Numbered from the stretch's first letter, positions 35,171-43,451 are shown. The stretch is DNA of 64,000 nt from Geobacter sp. (GCF_027327745.1 NZ_DAHVYG010000085.1:20465-84464), one strand, 5' to 3'. Notes: generated by a model from the sequence alone, not told the origin. Program-made: numbers and translations.

Positions 35171-37591
35171 TTACCCTTCCTCGCTCCTCAGGTCGTTGCA
35201 GATGCAGACCGCCCACGGCGACGACCAGGCGTGGTGGTAGCCGCCGTTCCAGCCGTCGCTCCAGGTCTTGTCCCGGGCGTAGAGCTGGAAGGTGTAGCCG
35301 CAGCATTCGCCCCGCTTGAGGGAGAAGCCGGCCGGGACCGTGTAATGCTCGGCCGCCGGGATCGACGGTGCGCAGACGGCGTCGAAGATCCGCAGGTCGA
35401 GGAGGGTGAGGAGCCCCGCCTGCCGTGCCGGGACGAGGGGAGGGGCCGGACAGCCGCCGACGGCCGGCAGCGGCTCGCACCTGACCCCCGGCTGGCCGAC
35501 CCGCTGGGTCCCCCGCAAAGGGTCGGTGCCGTAGGCGATGAAGTCGGGGGTGATCGGCACTACCAGCGTCGGCCCCCCCTGGCGGGTGATGGAGAGGGTG
35601 TAGTAGTCGAAGTTGTCGCTCGGGTAGGCCATGTCGGTCTCGTCGATGTACTCGTCATAGGCGATGCCGAAGAGCCCCCGGGGCCACGGCGCGCCGCACG
35701 GCGCCCCCCCCGGCACGAACTGGGAGAGCTTCAGGTCGGAGCAGCCGGGAAGCCCCTCGATGCCGGTGAAGGCGACGTGGACGTCGTTCTGCATCGGCTT
35801 GTTGTCGAACCAGACCTGCTGGGTGTCGTAAAAGAGGTTGCCGAGGGTGTCCTCCACCTGGAGCAGCAGGGTGTACTTGCCGCTGCGGCAGCGGTGGTGC
35901 GGATCGGGGCAGCCGCTCCCGTCGTTCACCCCCACCGGCAGGAGGCCGGCGCTGTTGAAGCAGAAATCCTGGAGCTTCCAGACCTTGAACTTCGAGCCGA
36001 GGAATTCCACCTCGGTCTCCACGAAATGGGTCGTGAGCGCCCGCTCGATGACCTGGTTCCACTGGGCCCGTTTCCAGAGCTCCACCGTGGGGTTCGGGTC
36101 GGGGTAGCAGACCGGGCCGTAGGGGAAGAGGAGCGATCCGGTGTAGTCGGCCGGATTGAAGCCGAGCTCTCCCGGGCCGGGGAGCCAGCCGAGGCCGAAG
36201 CGGAGATCGAAGCACTTGATCTTGCGGTTGTTGCACTCGCCCACGAAGGCACTCCCCTTGACGGTTACGCAGCCACCGACCGGCACGACCACCCCGCCGG
36301 GATTGCCGCTGACGATGGGGGCGGTGGAGACGAAGGGTCCGGGCGGGGTCTGCACCGGGGCGTTGGCCAGCCGGTCGATCCAGACCAGGCGCTTGAAGAG
36401 GCTGAACTGGATGCAGGTGCAGCAGCGCGGGACCCCCGGGAGGGCGGAGTAGACGCAGAGCCGGATTTCGTAGGAGCCGGCCGGCAGCGCCGTGGTGTCG
36501 AGCCAGCCGAGGGTGCCGGCCACCACCGGCGCGGTGCCGGTGGCGCCACTGCCGGGATAGCTGATGCCGGTTGCCTGCCAGCCGGTGTCATCGGCGCAGG
36601 GTGCCCCCTCAACCTTGCGCCATTCCAGGGTGTAGTGGTCGAATCCGCCGCCGGTGGCGGTGCCGTCGATCTCTACCACGAGCCCGCCGCCGTTCGGGTT
36701 GGGGAACTCCTCGGTGCACCCGGTCGGCTTCGTGAGGAGGCAGGTGAGCGGCTGGAGGCAGCGGCGCAGGCAGCGGAAGTAGTCGATCAGGCAGCGGACC
36801 AGGTCGAAGAACGTGCGGGAGCGAGCGAGGCACCAGCCGAAGCGGAAGGCGCAGAGGCACCAGCAGCGGCAGAACCAGAAGGCGCGCTCCTGGCGGAGCT
36901 TCTCGAAGAGCTCGGCGCCGAGGAGGAACCGGGCGTTCTCGACGGTCATGAACCGCTCGAAGAGGGACTCGGCCTCGCCGGCTCCGGCGTGGCAGTCGAT
37001 TTTTCCCGCCACCGCCTCGTCAGCCAGCTCGCCGGCCCGCTCGGCGGCCCGGGCCTCCCGTTCCAGGGAGGGCTTGAAGACGGCGGCGAAGGCGCCGACC
37101 AGGCTGCGGAAGTCGGCGCGCTCCGCGGCGGTGAGGGGGCGGCTCCCGATGGAGTCGTCGAACAGCCGGCGGATGCAGAGCCAGTAGCGGTAGAGGTAAT
37201 AGACGGCGGCGGGGAAGGTGCGGGCGCGGGAGAGGAGCCAGCCGAAGCGGAGGCAGCAGAGGATTTTCCGCAGGCACCAGCGCCACTGGTCGATGGGGCC
37301 GAGGAGCTCCAGCGCCTTCGGGTCCAGGAGCCGCAGGGCCACCTTCTCGTCCCCCAAGGGGGCGAAGATTCGGTCGGCCATGAGCTGCTCGTCCTCGCAG
37401 GTGTGGGGGTGCTTTTCCGTCTCCTCCAGGAGCCGCTCCGCCGACCTGATCAGGGCGAGGTCTTCTTCGAGGATCGGGCGATAGGCGTTCAGGAGTTCCT
37501 GCAGGACGAAGAGGAAATCCTCCCGTTTCACATCCTCGGGAAGCTGGCTTGCAATGAGCTTTTCAACGGTTTCCTTGGGTGCTTTTGCCAT
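35171..37591 (-). CDS. 806-aa Cys/Trp-rich protein: helical N-terminal third with two W/C/R-rich duplicated segments, beta-rich Cys-rich remainder
   Basis: AAAGGAGA SD. Duplicated segments at aa 103-143 and 238-279. 'HYTLEW' and 'DYYTLSI' beta-sandwich-like motifs. No signal peptide. Confidence 0.7.
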   Translation of the reverse strand: MAKAPKETVEKLIASQLPEDVKREDFLFVLQELLNAYRPILEEDLALIRSAERLLEETEKHPHTCEDEQLMADRIFAPLGDEKVALRLLDPKALELLGPIDQWRWCLRKILCCLRFGWLLSRARTFPAAVYYLYRYWLCIRRLFDDSIGSRPLTAAERADFRSLVGAFAAVFKPSLEREARAAERAGELADEAVAGKIDCHAGAGEAESLFERFMTVENARFLLGAELFEKLRQERAFWFCRCWCLCAFRFGWCLARSRTFFDLVRCLIDYFRCLRRCLQPLTCLLTKPTGCTEEFPNPNGGGLVVEIDGTATGGGFDHYTLEWRKVEGAPCADDTGWQATGISYPGSGATGTAPVVAGTLGWLDTTALPAGSYEIRLCVYSALPGVPRCCTCIQFSLFKRLVWIDRLANAPVQTPPGPFVSTAPIVSGNPGGVVVPVGGCVTVKGSAFVGECNNRKIKCFDLRFGLGWLPGPGELGFNPADYTGSLLFPYGPVCYPDPNPTVELWKRAQWNQVIERALTTHFVETEVEFLGSKFKVWKLQDFCFNSAGLLPVGVNDGSGCPDPHHRCRSGKYTLLLQVEDTLGNLFYDTQQVWFDNKPMQNDVHVAFTGIEGLPGCSDLKLSQFVPGGAPCGAPWPRGLFGIAYDEYIDETDMAYPSDNFDYYTLSITRQGGPTLVVPITPDFIAYGTDPLRGTQRVGQPGVRCEPLPAVGGCPAPPLVPARQAGLLTLLDLRIFDAVCAPSIPAAEHYTVPAGFSLKRGECCGYTFQLYARDKTWSDGWNGGYHHAWSSPWAVCICNDLRSEEG

Positions 37592-37655
37592 CCGTGGCGT
37601 CTCCTTTCATTTCCGCGTCCGTGCGGAGTTCTTCGATGCTGTCGGGCGGTCCGTC

Positions 37656-38465
37656 TTACGCGAACCGCAGGTACCGCGTCGCTACCCACTGCTGCTCCGA
37701 CGGATGGATGCGGCACCACCCGTCGGCCGTCTCGAAGACGTTCACCCTCACCCCCCGCGCCAGGCTCTTCACGATGGGGAACGACGCCCCTCGGCCGCTC
37801 CGCACGTTGAGCGTCGTGGCGATGACATCCGCCGCCCCGTTGGCCTGCGGCGGAGTGGGGGCAACCCCTCCCGTCAGGGTGGCAAGGGTCCGGGCGACGA
37901 GCGGGACGAAGTTGGCCGCCGCCGAGTCGACCGAGTTTCCGCCGAAGAACGCGCTCCCCGGGCACGATTTCGTCGTCCCGCTCCCGCCGGTCCGCTGGCC
38001 GGAGTTCAGGTCGTACCAGTGGTGGAAGACGATGGTGTCGGTGGAGGGGGTGAGGTGGAACTCGCGGCAGAGGAGGGCGTTGATCTTGACGATGGCGTCG
38101 CGGTGGGCGGGGGTCATGCTGTTCCCCCCGCCATCGAAGTTGCCGAGGTTCTCCAGGCAGATCCCCTCCTGGTTGGCCCCCTTGATCCCCGCCGGCACCT
38201 TGTCGATGGAGCGGCAGAGCGCCACCGTGCCGTCGGGGAAGGAGGTGAGGTTCTGGGCGATCTCCGCGAACCCCCGTTCGGCCATGTGGAAATGCTCCAT
38301 CCCGTTGAGGAGCGCGAAGTGGTTGCCGCCGTCGAACTGGGCGTAAGAGGGCTGGAAGGTGTGGTGGTTCTGGACGAGTTTCACCGAGCGGCTGAAGCGG
38401 GTCTGCTGCAGCCACTGGTCGAACTCGTCGATGGTGAAGAGGACGAACTTCCCCTTTTTCTGCAT
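37656..38465 (-). CDS. N-acetylmuramoyl-L-alanine amidase (Amidase_2/PGRP fold) with a C-terminal SH3b domain; no signal peptide
   Basis: VQNHHT...FHHWYD...KSCPG amidase_2-type pattern. C-terminal ATTLNVRSGRGASFPIVKSLARGVRVNVFETADGWCRI SH3b. GGGAGGG SD before ATG 38465. Confidence 0.75.
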   Translation of the reverse strand: MQKKGKFVLFTIDEFDQWLQQTRFSRSVKLVQNHHTFQPSYAQFDGGNHFALLNGMEHFHMAERGFAEIAQNLTSFPDGTVALCRSIDKVPAGIKGANQEGICLENLGNFDGGGNSMTPAHRDAIVKINALLCREFHLTPSTDTIVFHHWYDLNSGQRTGGSGTTKSCPGSAFFGGNSVDSAAANFVPLVARTLATLTGGVAPTPPQANGAADVIATTLNVRSGRGASFPIVKSLARGVRVNVFETADGWCRIHPSEQQWVATRYLRFA

Positions 38466-38488
38466 GATTCCCTCCCGGAACGTCATTG

Positions 38489-38524
38489 CAAAAGGGCGCG
38501 CCCTGACCGGAGCGCGCCCCTTTC
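38489..38524 (-). terminator. rho-independent terminator after the caspase gene
   Basis: On the minus strand, GGGGCGCGC-TCCGGTCAG-GGCGCGCCC is followed by TTTTGC. Confidence 0.7.
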
Positions 38525-38527
38525 ATC

Positions 38528-39364
38528 TCAGATGGTGAACGGCTTCTGCTTCAGGAACGCCGGATCGGGAGCCCCGACCATGAAGAGGTTCGGGGTCTGG
38601 TCGGGGGGCATCCGGCGGACGATGTTGCGGTGGAAGGTCCGGTAGTTCCCCCGGAAGAGGCTGTCCTTCCAGACCTGCAGGAGCTGGCTCGTGAAGAGGC
38701 CGTTGAAGGCGCCGTCCTGGGAGAGTTGGTTGTCCTGGCAGCCGGAGATGAGAAGCACCGATGCCTTCGGGTCGGGCTGGGAATCTTTGGGGGTTTTCCC
38801 CTGCTGGAGACCGTCGTAGAACGCCTTGTTGGCGCGGTAGGTGCGCAACGCCGCGTCGACGGGCATGGCCCGGTAGCGGACCTGCCCCCCTTCGTCGGCG
38901 GTGGCCCGGGCGGCGGTGGTGCCGGTGAAGTAGGCCATCTTGGTGACGGTGCCGCTGTGGCAGCTGTCGGAGAAGACCAGGATCCGCACGCCGGCGGCGA
39001 ACTGGCCGAAGAGGGCGTAGAGTTCGTCGTCGATCAGCTGGCCGTCGTAGAGGCACCAGGTCTCGTCCTGGCCGTCCGGTTCGTCGCTGCTTCGGTCGGG
39101 AACCTGTCCCCCGTGCCCCGAGTAGCTCAGCATGAAGATATCGCCCGCCTTGAGGTCGTGGGCCGCCTTTTTGATTCCGTCGACCACATGGGCGCGGGTC
39201 GCCGCCTTGGTCAGGAGCGGCGAGCAGATGAACTCCCGCGACCTGGCGATGGCGGTCATGTCCTCGGCGTCCGCCTCGCAGGCGTTGAGCTTGCCCGACC
39301 ACCCTCCGTAGTGGTTCGGGTCGACGGCGTTGAGTCCGATGGTGAGTGCGAGTCCTTTTGCCAT
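38528..39364 (-). CDS. caspase-family (C14) cysteine peptidase, stand-alone domain
   Basis: Catalytic dyad motifs FMLSYSGHGG and VFSDSCHSG. 278 aa. AAAGGAGGA SD. Confidence 0.9.
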   Translation of the reverse strand: MAKGLALTIGLNAVDPNHYGGWSGKLNACEADAEDMTAIARSREFICSPLLTKAATRAHVVDGIKKAAHDLKAGDIFMLSYSGHGGQVPDRSSDEPDGQDETWCLYDGQLIDDELYALFGQFAAGVRILVFSDSCHSGTVTKMAYFTGTTAARATADEGGQVRYRAMPVDAALRTYRANKAFYDGLQQGKTPKDSQPDPKASVLLISGCQDNQLSQDGAFNGLFTSQLLQVWKDSLFRGNYRTFHRNIVRRMPPDQTPNLFMVGAPDPAFLKQKPFTI

Positions 39365-39388
39365 GGGTGTGTCCTCCTTTAATTGGCT

Positions 39389-40180
39389 CTACCCTTTCAG
39401 GATTTCCGCCAGTTCCGCGATGAGCTTCGCGAAATCCTCCCGCTCCAGGAGCCTGCGGAAGTGGGCCGGTTCGCGGATTCCGGGGGAGAGCCGGGCGCCC
39501 CTGCCGGTGCGGAGATCTACGATCTCCTCGATGATCTCACGGAAGTGGGCCGGTTCGCGGACGCCGGGGACGAACCCGAGGCTCTCGCGCCGGGACACCG
39601 CCACCCGTTCCGCCAGCTTGAGGTCGGTGTAGACCTCGTCGATGGCGGCGATGAGGATCTCCTCTTCCTTGGCCAGGGCGATGCCGGCGTCGAACCAGTG
39701 GGCCGGCTCGCGGATGCCGGGATTAAGCTGGGCGAGCTCTTCGGCGACCGCCGGTTGGACCGTCACGGTCTGGAAGTTCCTGAAGTGGGCCGGCTCGATC
39801 CAGTCGGCCTTGAGCTTGAGCTTCAGGGCCTCGTGCCAGAGGAGGAAGAGGGAGTAACTGCCGGCAGCGACCTTCCCCGCGCTCTTGCCGGTGATCTCCT
39901 TCAGCACCGGGGCGAACTCCTTCTCGAAGAGGGTCCCCTGGAGGTTCTTCCCCCCCAGTTCGGCCCGGGCGATCTTGCCTCCCTCGGCGATGTCGAGGTT
40001 CAGCGGGAGGGTAGTGGTGACCACAAAGCCGATCTGCCGGGAGACCCGGTCGAAGACCGTGTCGGCCTTTTCCTGGATCGAATTCTTGAGGAAGCGGTAG
40101 ATTTCGACGAGGTCGTCGAAGCGCTGCACGAGCACCGGGTGGGCCGGTTCGACCCAGTCACGAATCTTGGTTTTTGCCAT
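39389..40180 (-). CDS. 263-aa Cys-free protein with five E-P-A-H repeats (novel repeat protein)
   Basis: EPAH at aa 11, 129, 158, 209 and 237. Contexts: DWVEPAHP, DWIEPAHF, PGIREPAHW, PGVREPAHF, PGIREPAHF. GGGAGGAA SD. Confidence 0.75.
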   Translation of the reverse strand: MAKTKIRDWVEPAHPVLVQRFDDLVEIYRFLKNSIQEKADTVFDRVSRQIGFVVTTTLPLNLDIAEGGKIARAELGGKNLQGTLFEKEFAPVLKEITGKSAGKVAAGSYSLFLLWHEALKLKLKADWIEPAHFRNFQTVTVQPAVAEELAQLNPGIREPAHWFDAGIALAKEEEILIAAIDEVYTDLKLAERVAVSRRESLGFVPGVREPAHFREIIEEIVDLRTGRGARLSPGIREPAHFRRLLEREDFAKLIAELAEILKG

Positions 40181-40301
40181 TGCCCTGTTCCTCCCTGAAC
40201 ATGCGATGTGATTAAACGATTAATTCCGATGGTGTCGTCGGCTGGTTATCCCTTCACGGCGTCACCCCCTCCCGGTGGCAATCCACGCAGATCCATATCT
40301 C

Positions 40302-42065
40302 TCATGGCGCCGTGGCGTCCTTTCCCTCACCGAGCCGCTTCCTGAATTCGGCGTAGGGGATCGGCGTCCGGAGTGCGCCGAAGAATCCGAGCCCCACCGG
40401 GTCGGCGTCGCCTCGGGCAAGGCTCTCGATGCCGGCGTAGGGGACCGCTTCTCCCCTGAACAGTGAGATCCCGGGCTGATCCAGGTCGGGGTCCGTCCGG
40501 GGATGACCCGCGTCCCGCTCGGCCCATGCCCGCCGCAACCGCTCCAGGATCCGCTCGCCCCGGCCCCGCAGCTCGACACCGCCGTCGTCCACCCGCTGGC
40601 GCATGACCCGCATGGCGGCGCGGACCGCCTCCCCCTCCTCCGGGTCGATCGACTGGACGATGTCCCAGATCCGGGAGAGGCAGCGGTAGGTGTCGATGTT
40701 GGTCTCCTTGATGAACGAGCGGACCTCGCTCCTGATCTCCTGGGAGAGAAGCTCGGGGTGGAAGCGGCGCAGGAGCTGGAAGGAGAAGTCGACCTCCATG
40801 TTGAAGTAGTGGAGGCCGTAGTCGTTGAAGTTGCGATCGAAGAAGGCGTAGTTGGCGATCTTGTGGAACGCCTCCACCTGCGGCTCCTTGATCCGGTAGT
40901 CGAAGCCGAAGTAGTCGCCGCTGATGATCCCGTCGTTCCGGAGCTTCTTCTCCAGCCCCGTGGCGGCGTAGGCCTCGGCCCGGCAGAAGTTGAACGGGTT
41001 GTCGATGTGCCGCTCCATGAACCGGAGGTTGATCAGCAGATCGTCCATGGTGGCGTCGGGCTCGAACATGAGGAGGTTGTACGCCACGTGGACGTCGAAG
41101 TCGTTCAAGATCCGGAGGGCGTTTTCGATCGCTTCCCGGGTGCACTTGCGGTTGAGGTTCCTCAGCCCCCGCTCCGACGCGTTTTCCACCCCGAGGAAGA
41201 CCCGGAAGACACCGAGGTCGTCCAGGACCCCCATCGCCTCCCGGTTGATGGAGTCGGGGCGGGCCTTGACCGCGATGGCGATCTCCTTCACCCCCTCCTT
41301 CCAGAGGGAGTCGCGCAGCTCGGTGAAGCGGGCCAGGGCCTGCGTCGGCTCCGGGAGGAAGAAGTTGTCGTCCTGGAAGTTGAAGATCCGCACGCCGTGG
41401 CCGTGGTAGAGCTCCTTCATCTCGGCCACGATGTTCGGGACGCTCCGGATCCGGAACTTGCGCCCGCCCCCCGAGCGGTACCAGGCGTCGATGCTGCAGA
41501 AGGCGCAACTGCGCCAGCACCCCCGCGAGGAGAGGATGCTTGCGATCGGTTTGCCGTAATACTCGTGGAAGGTGGTGCGACGGGGGAAGGGGAGAGCGTC
41601 GAGGTCCTCCGGGTTTCCGCGCGACGGGTTCACCGCGATGGAGCCGTCCCCCCGCCGGTAGGAGAAACCGGCAAGTTCCGGGAGATCGGCGGGGTTCGTT
41701 GCGAGGGCACAGATCAGCTCCTCCCCTTCGCCGAGGGCGATGGAGTCGAACTCCGGGAAGTCGGCCAGGAGCTGTCGGCAGTTCAGGGCCGCGAAGTGGC
41801 CGCCGGCGGTGAGGTGGCCGCAGAAGCCTCCTTCCCGCAGGGCCTTTGCCAGACGGCAGAACTCCCGGGCCCTGCCGGTGAAGACCATGGAGAGGCCGGC
41901 GATGTCGGGGGCGAAGGCGTTCACCTGCCGGACCACGGCCGGGATCTCCCCCTTCTCGTTGAAGGGGAAGATGACCGCCAGGTGTCCCTCCCGTTCCAGG
42001 GCCGATGCCATGTAGCGGAGTCCCAGGTTCTCTTCGAGCTCCGCGCCGATAAGAGCAATTTTCAT
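40302..42065 (-). CDS. B12-binding-domain radical SAM enzyme (class B)
   Basis: N-terminal Rossmann-like cobalamin-binding region (MKIALIGAE...GLSMVF...GGHFA). Radical SAM cluster motif SSRGCWRSCAFCS (Cx3Cx2C). GGGGAGGAAG SD before ATG 42065. The 695-aa track ORF is a 5' extension. Confidence 0.9.
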   Translation of the reverse strand: MKIALIGAELEENLGLRYMASALEREGHLAVIFPFNEKGEIPAVVRQVNAFAPDIAGLSMVFTGRAREFCRLAKALREGGFCGHLTAGGHFAALNCRQLLADFPEFDSIALGEGEELICALATNPADLPELAGFSYRRGDGSIAVNPSRGNPEDLDALPFPRRTTFHEYYGKPIASILSSRGCWRSCAFCSIDAWYRSGGGRKFRIRSVPNIVAEMKELYHGHGVRIFNFQDDNFFLPEPTQALARFTELRDSLWKEGVKEIAIAVKARPDSINREAMGVLDDLGVFRVFLGVENASERGLRNLNRKCTREAIENALRILNDFDVHVAYNLLMFEPDATMDDLLINLRFMERHIDNPFNFCRAEAYAATGLEKKLRNDGIISGDYFGFDYRIKEPQVEAFHKIANYAFFDRNFNDYGLHYFNMEVDFSFQLLRRFHPELLSQEIRSEVRSFIKETNIDTYRCLSRIWDIVQSIDPEEGEAVRAAMRVMRQRVDDGGVELRGRGERILERLRRAWAERDAGHPRTDPDLDQPGISLFRGEAVPYAGIESLARGDADPVGLGFFGALRTPIPYAEFRKRLGEGKDATAP

Positions 42066-42501
42066 CCACTTCCTCCCCGTGATCCGGCCGCCGGAAAAAC
42101 GGGGCCGTCTGCGGTACCGTTGACCGCGTTCGCTTCTCTGCGTCACCTCGTGTAGGCGGCATTGCCAATGAGAAAACATCCGATGCCCAGGACGGCGGAC
42201 GGGGGAAGGGGCTGACTGGTGTGGCGGCGTGCAGCGGGCCGCCGGATGCGGGAAGAGAGGTGCGCCTTCCCTGGCGCCTTCTGCCGCACGATGCGGCAGT
42301 GGGGCCCGTCCTGGGCCACAATTAGTTGTTGGGCGGCATTGTGCAGCGGTAGCCTGGGATGAGTATATCGTGCAAAGCGATTGCGACAAGTCGCGAATCG
42401 AATAATTTCTTCATGTTACAAAAAACGTCACGCGGAGCCGGCGTGCCGTTCTTGTGTTAGAATTGAAACAGCCGTCCAATTGCCAAAGAGGAGGGGAGCC
42501 G

Positions 42502-42780
42502 ATGATGTACGGAGTCGTGAGGCCAGCCCATCTGCTGCTATTGTTCATTGTCGTCGTTCCCGGGATCATCGGGGGGATCCTCGCCGCGAACCGGGGAAGG
42601 AACTTCGTCGGGTGGAGTCTCGCCTGCGCCGTCTTCCCGATCTTTCTCCTGGTGATCTATTTCGAGAAGCCCCGCCGGGAGGTGGAGGGGAAGTTCCGCA
42701 GGTGCGGCTCCTGCGGCGAGTATTACCGGTGGCGTGATCCCTCCTGCAAGTACTGCGGCACCCCCCGGCCGTCGGTCTGA
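42502..42780 (+). CDS. small membrane protein with a C-terminal zinc ribbon
   Basis: Two TM helices, then CGSCGEYYRWRDPSCKYCG. GAGGAGGGGAG SD before ATG 42502. Confidence 0.55.
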   Translation: MMYGVVRPAHLLLLFIVVVPGIIGGILAANRGRNFVGWSLACAVFPIFLLVIYFEKPRREVEGKFRRCGSCGEYYRWRDPSCKYCGTPRPSV

Positions 42781-42845
42781 CATCCTTCCCCGGCAGGCTC
42801 CCGCCGCTGGCGGCCGGGAGCCTCCCCTGCGTTTCCCCTTTCTTC

Positions 42846-43325
42846 TCAGGTCACCGCCACGTCGGCTTTTCCTTCCCAGTAGCCGTGAAGGTTGCAGCGC
42901 TGGCGGGCGATGAGGGTCACCTTCCCCGCCGGGGCGGCGTCTTTCGGGATCACGACGGTGAAGGTCACCTTAGGGTTCAGGAAGCCGCGGGGCTGGAAAT
43001 CGGCTCTCCCCGCCGGCTCGTTGCCGACGTTGAGCTCCACGAACTCGATCCAGTGGGTGGGCCCCATGGGGTGGATCACCTCGCCGACCGACACCTCCAC
43101 GGTGAACGGCTCCCCCGCCTTCACCTTTGCCGGGGTCCTGATCACCGGCACGTGCTTCTGCTCCAGCGGGTTCTTCTTCGCCGGGTCCTTCGCCCGGTTG
43201 ATGGTGACAAAGAGCGACTGGTCGGCCTTGACCGGGAAGTACATCTCGGCCGCAGTGACGGTTCGGGCGACGCCGGCGGCCGCGGCGCCGAGGGCGGCGT
43301 GCTTGAGAAAGGCTCTTCTGTCCAT
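42846..43325 (-). CDS. Tat-exported desulfoferrodoxin/superoxide-reductase-like protein
   Basis: Twin-arginine signal MDRRAFLKHAALGAAAAG. SOR centre-II ligand pattern QKHVP, IHPMGPTHW (H-x5-H) and CNLHG (C-x2-H). Confidence 0.75.
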   Translation of the reverse strand: MDRRAFLKHAALGAAAAGVARTVTAAEMYFPVKADQSLFVTINRAKDPAKKNPLEQKHVPVIRTPAKVKAGEPFTVEVSVGEVIHPMGPTHWIEFVELNVGNEPAGRADFQPRGFLNPKVTFTVVIPKDAAPAGKVTLIARQRCNLHGYWEGKADVAVT

Positions 43326-43451
43326 TGCTCCTCCCGTGGTACCATGATGTGTTGCCGGAGGGGGGCCTCCGCGCACATTCTTCAAGTGTAGAATCCTCCG
43401 TTCCAAAGTCAATGAGCGAATCCTCATCCCCGAACGGCGGGGGGGAAAGAT

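Noticed and set aside
35108-37810. 900-aa plus-strand ORF opposite the 806-aa Cys-rich gene. Similar antisense or alternate-frame ORFs include 250..1296, 10481..11556, 29281..30408, 34363..35319, 38630..39382 and 40503..42155.
   Set aside because: They have the same shadow-ORF character (Arg/Gly/Pro/Ala-rich, no start context). In each case the opposite-strand or alternative frame carries motif-bearing proteins with strong SDs.
39455-40150. Five copies of a ~21-30-nt repeat (GAAGTGGGCCGGTTCGCGGA-like) that could be mistaken for a CRISPR array
   Set aside because: Spacing is irregular (84, 153, 87 and 354 nt). The repeats lie inside one uninterrupted ORF with an SD and encode the same peptide motif (EPAH). 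No cas genes or leader are present.
42066-42501. Possible cobalamin riboswitch in the 436-bp region upstream of the B12-dependent radical SAM gene
   Set aside because: On the minus strand I find only partial look-alikes: CCACTGCC...GGCAGAAGGCG resembles the GCCACTG...GGGAAGGC element, and there is an isolated AGTCAG. There is no convincing B12 box (AGYCAGGAnACCTGCC) or GGTGnAA core in the right order. An Infernal scan with RF00174 would settle it. A 12-bp palindrome GCGACAAGTCGC (42383-42394) and a TTGTCG-N16-TATACT promoter-like motif are also present but unsupported.
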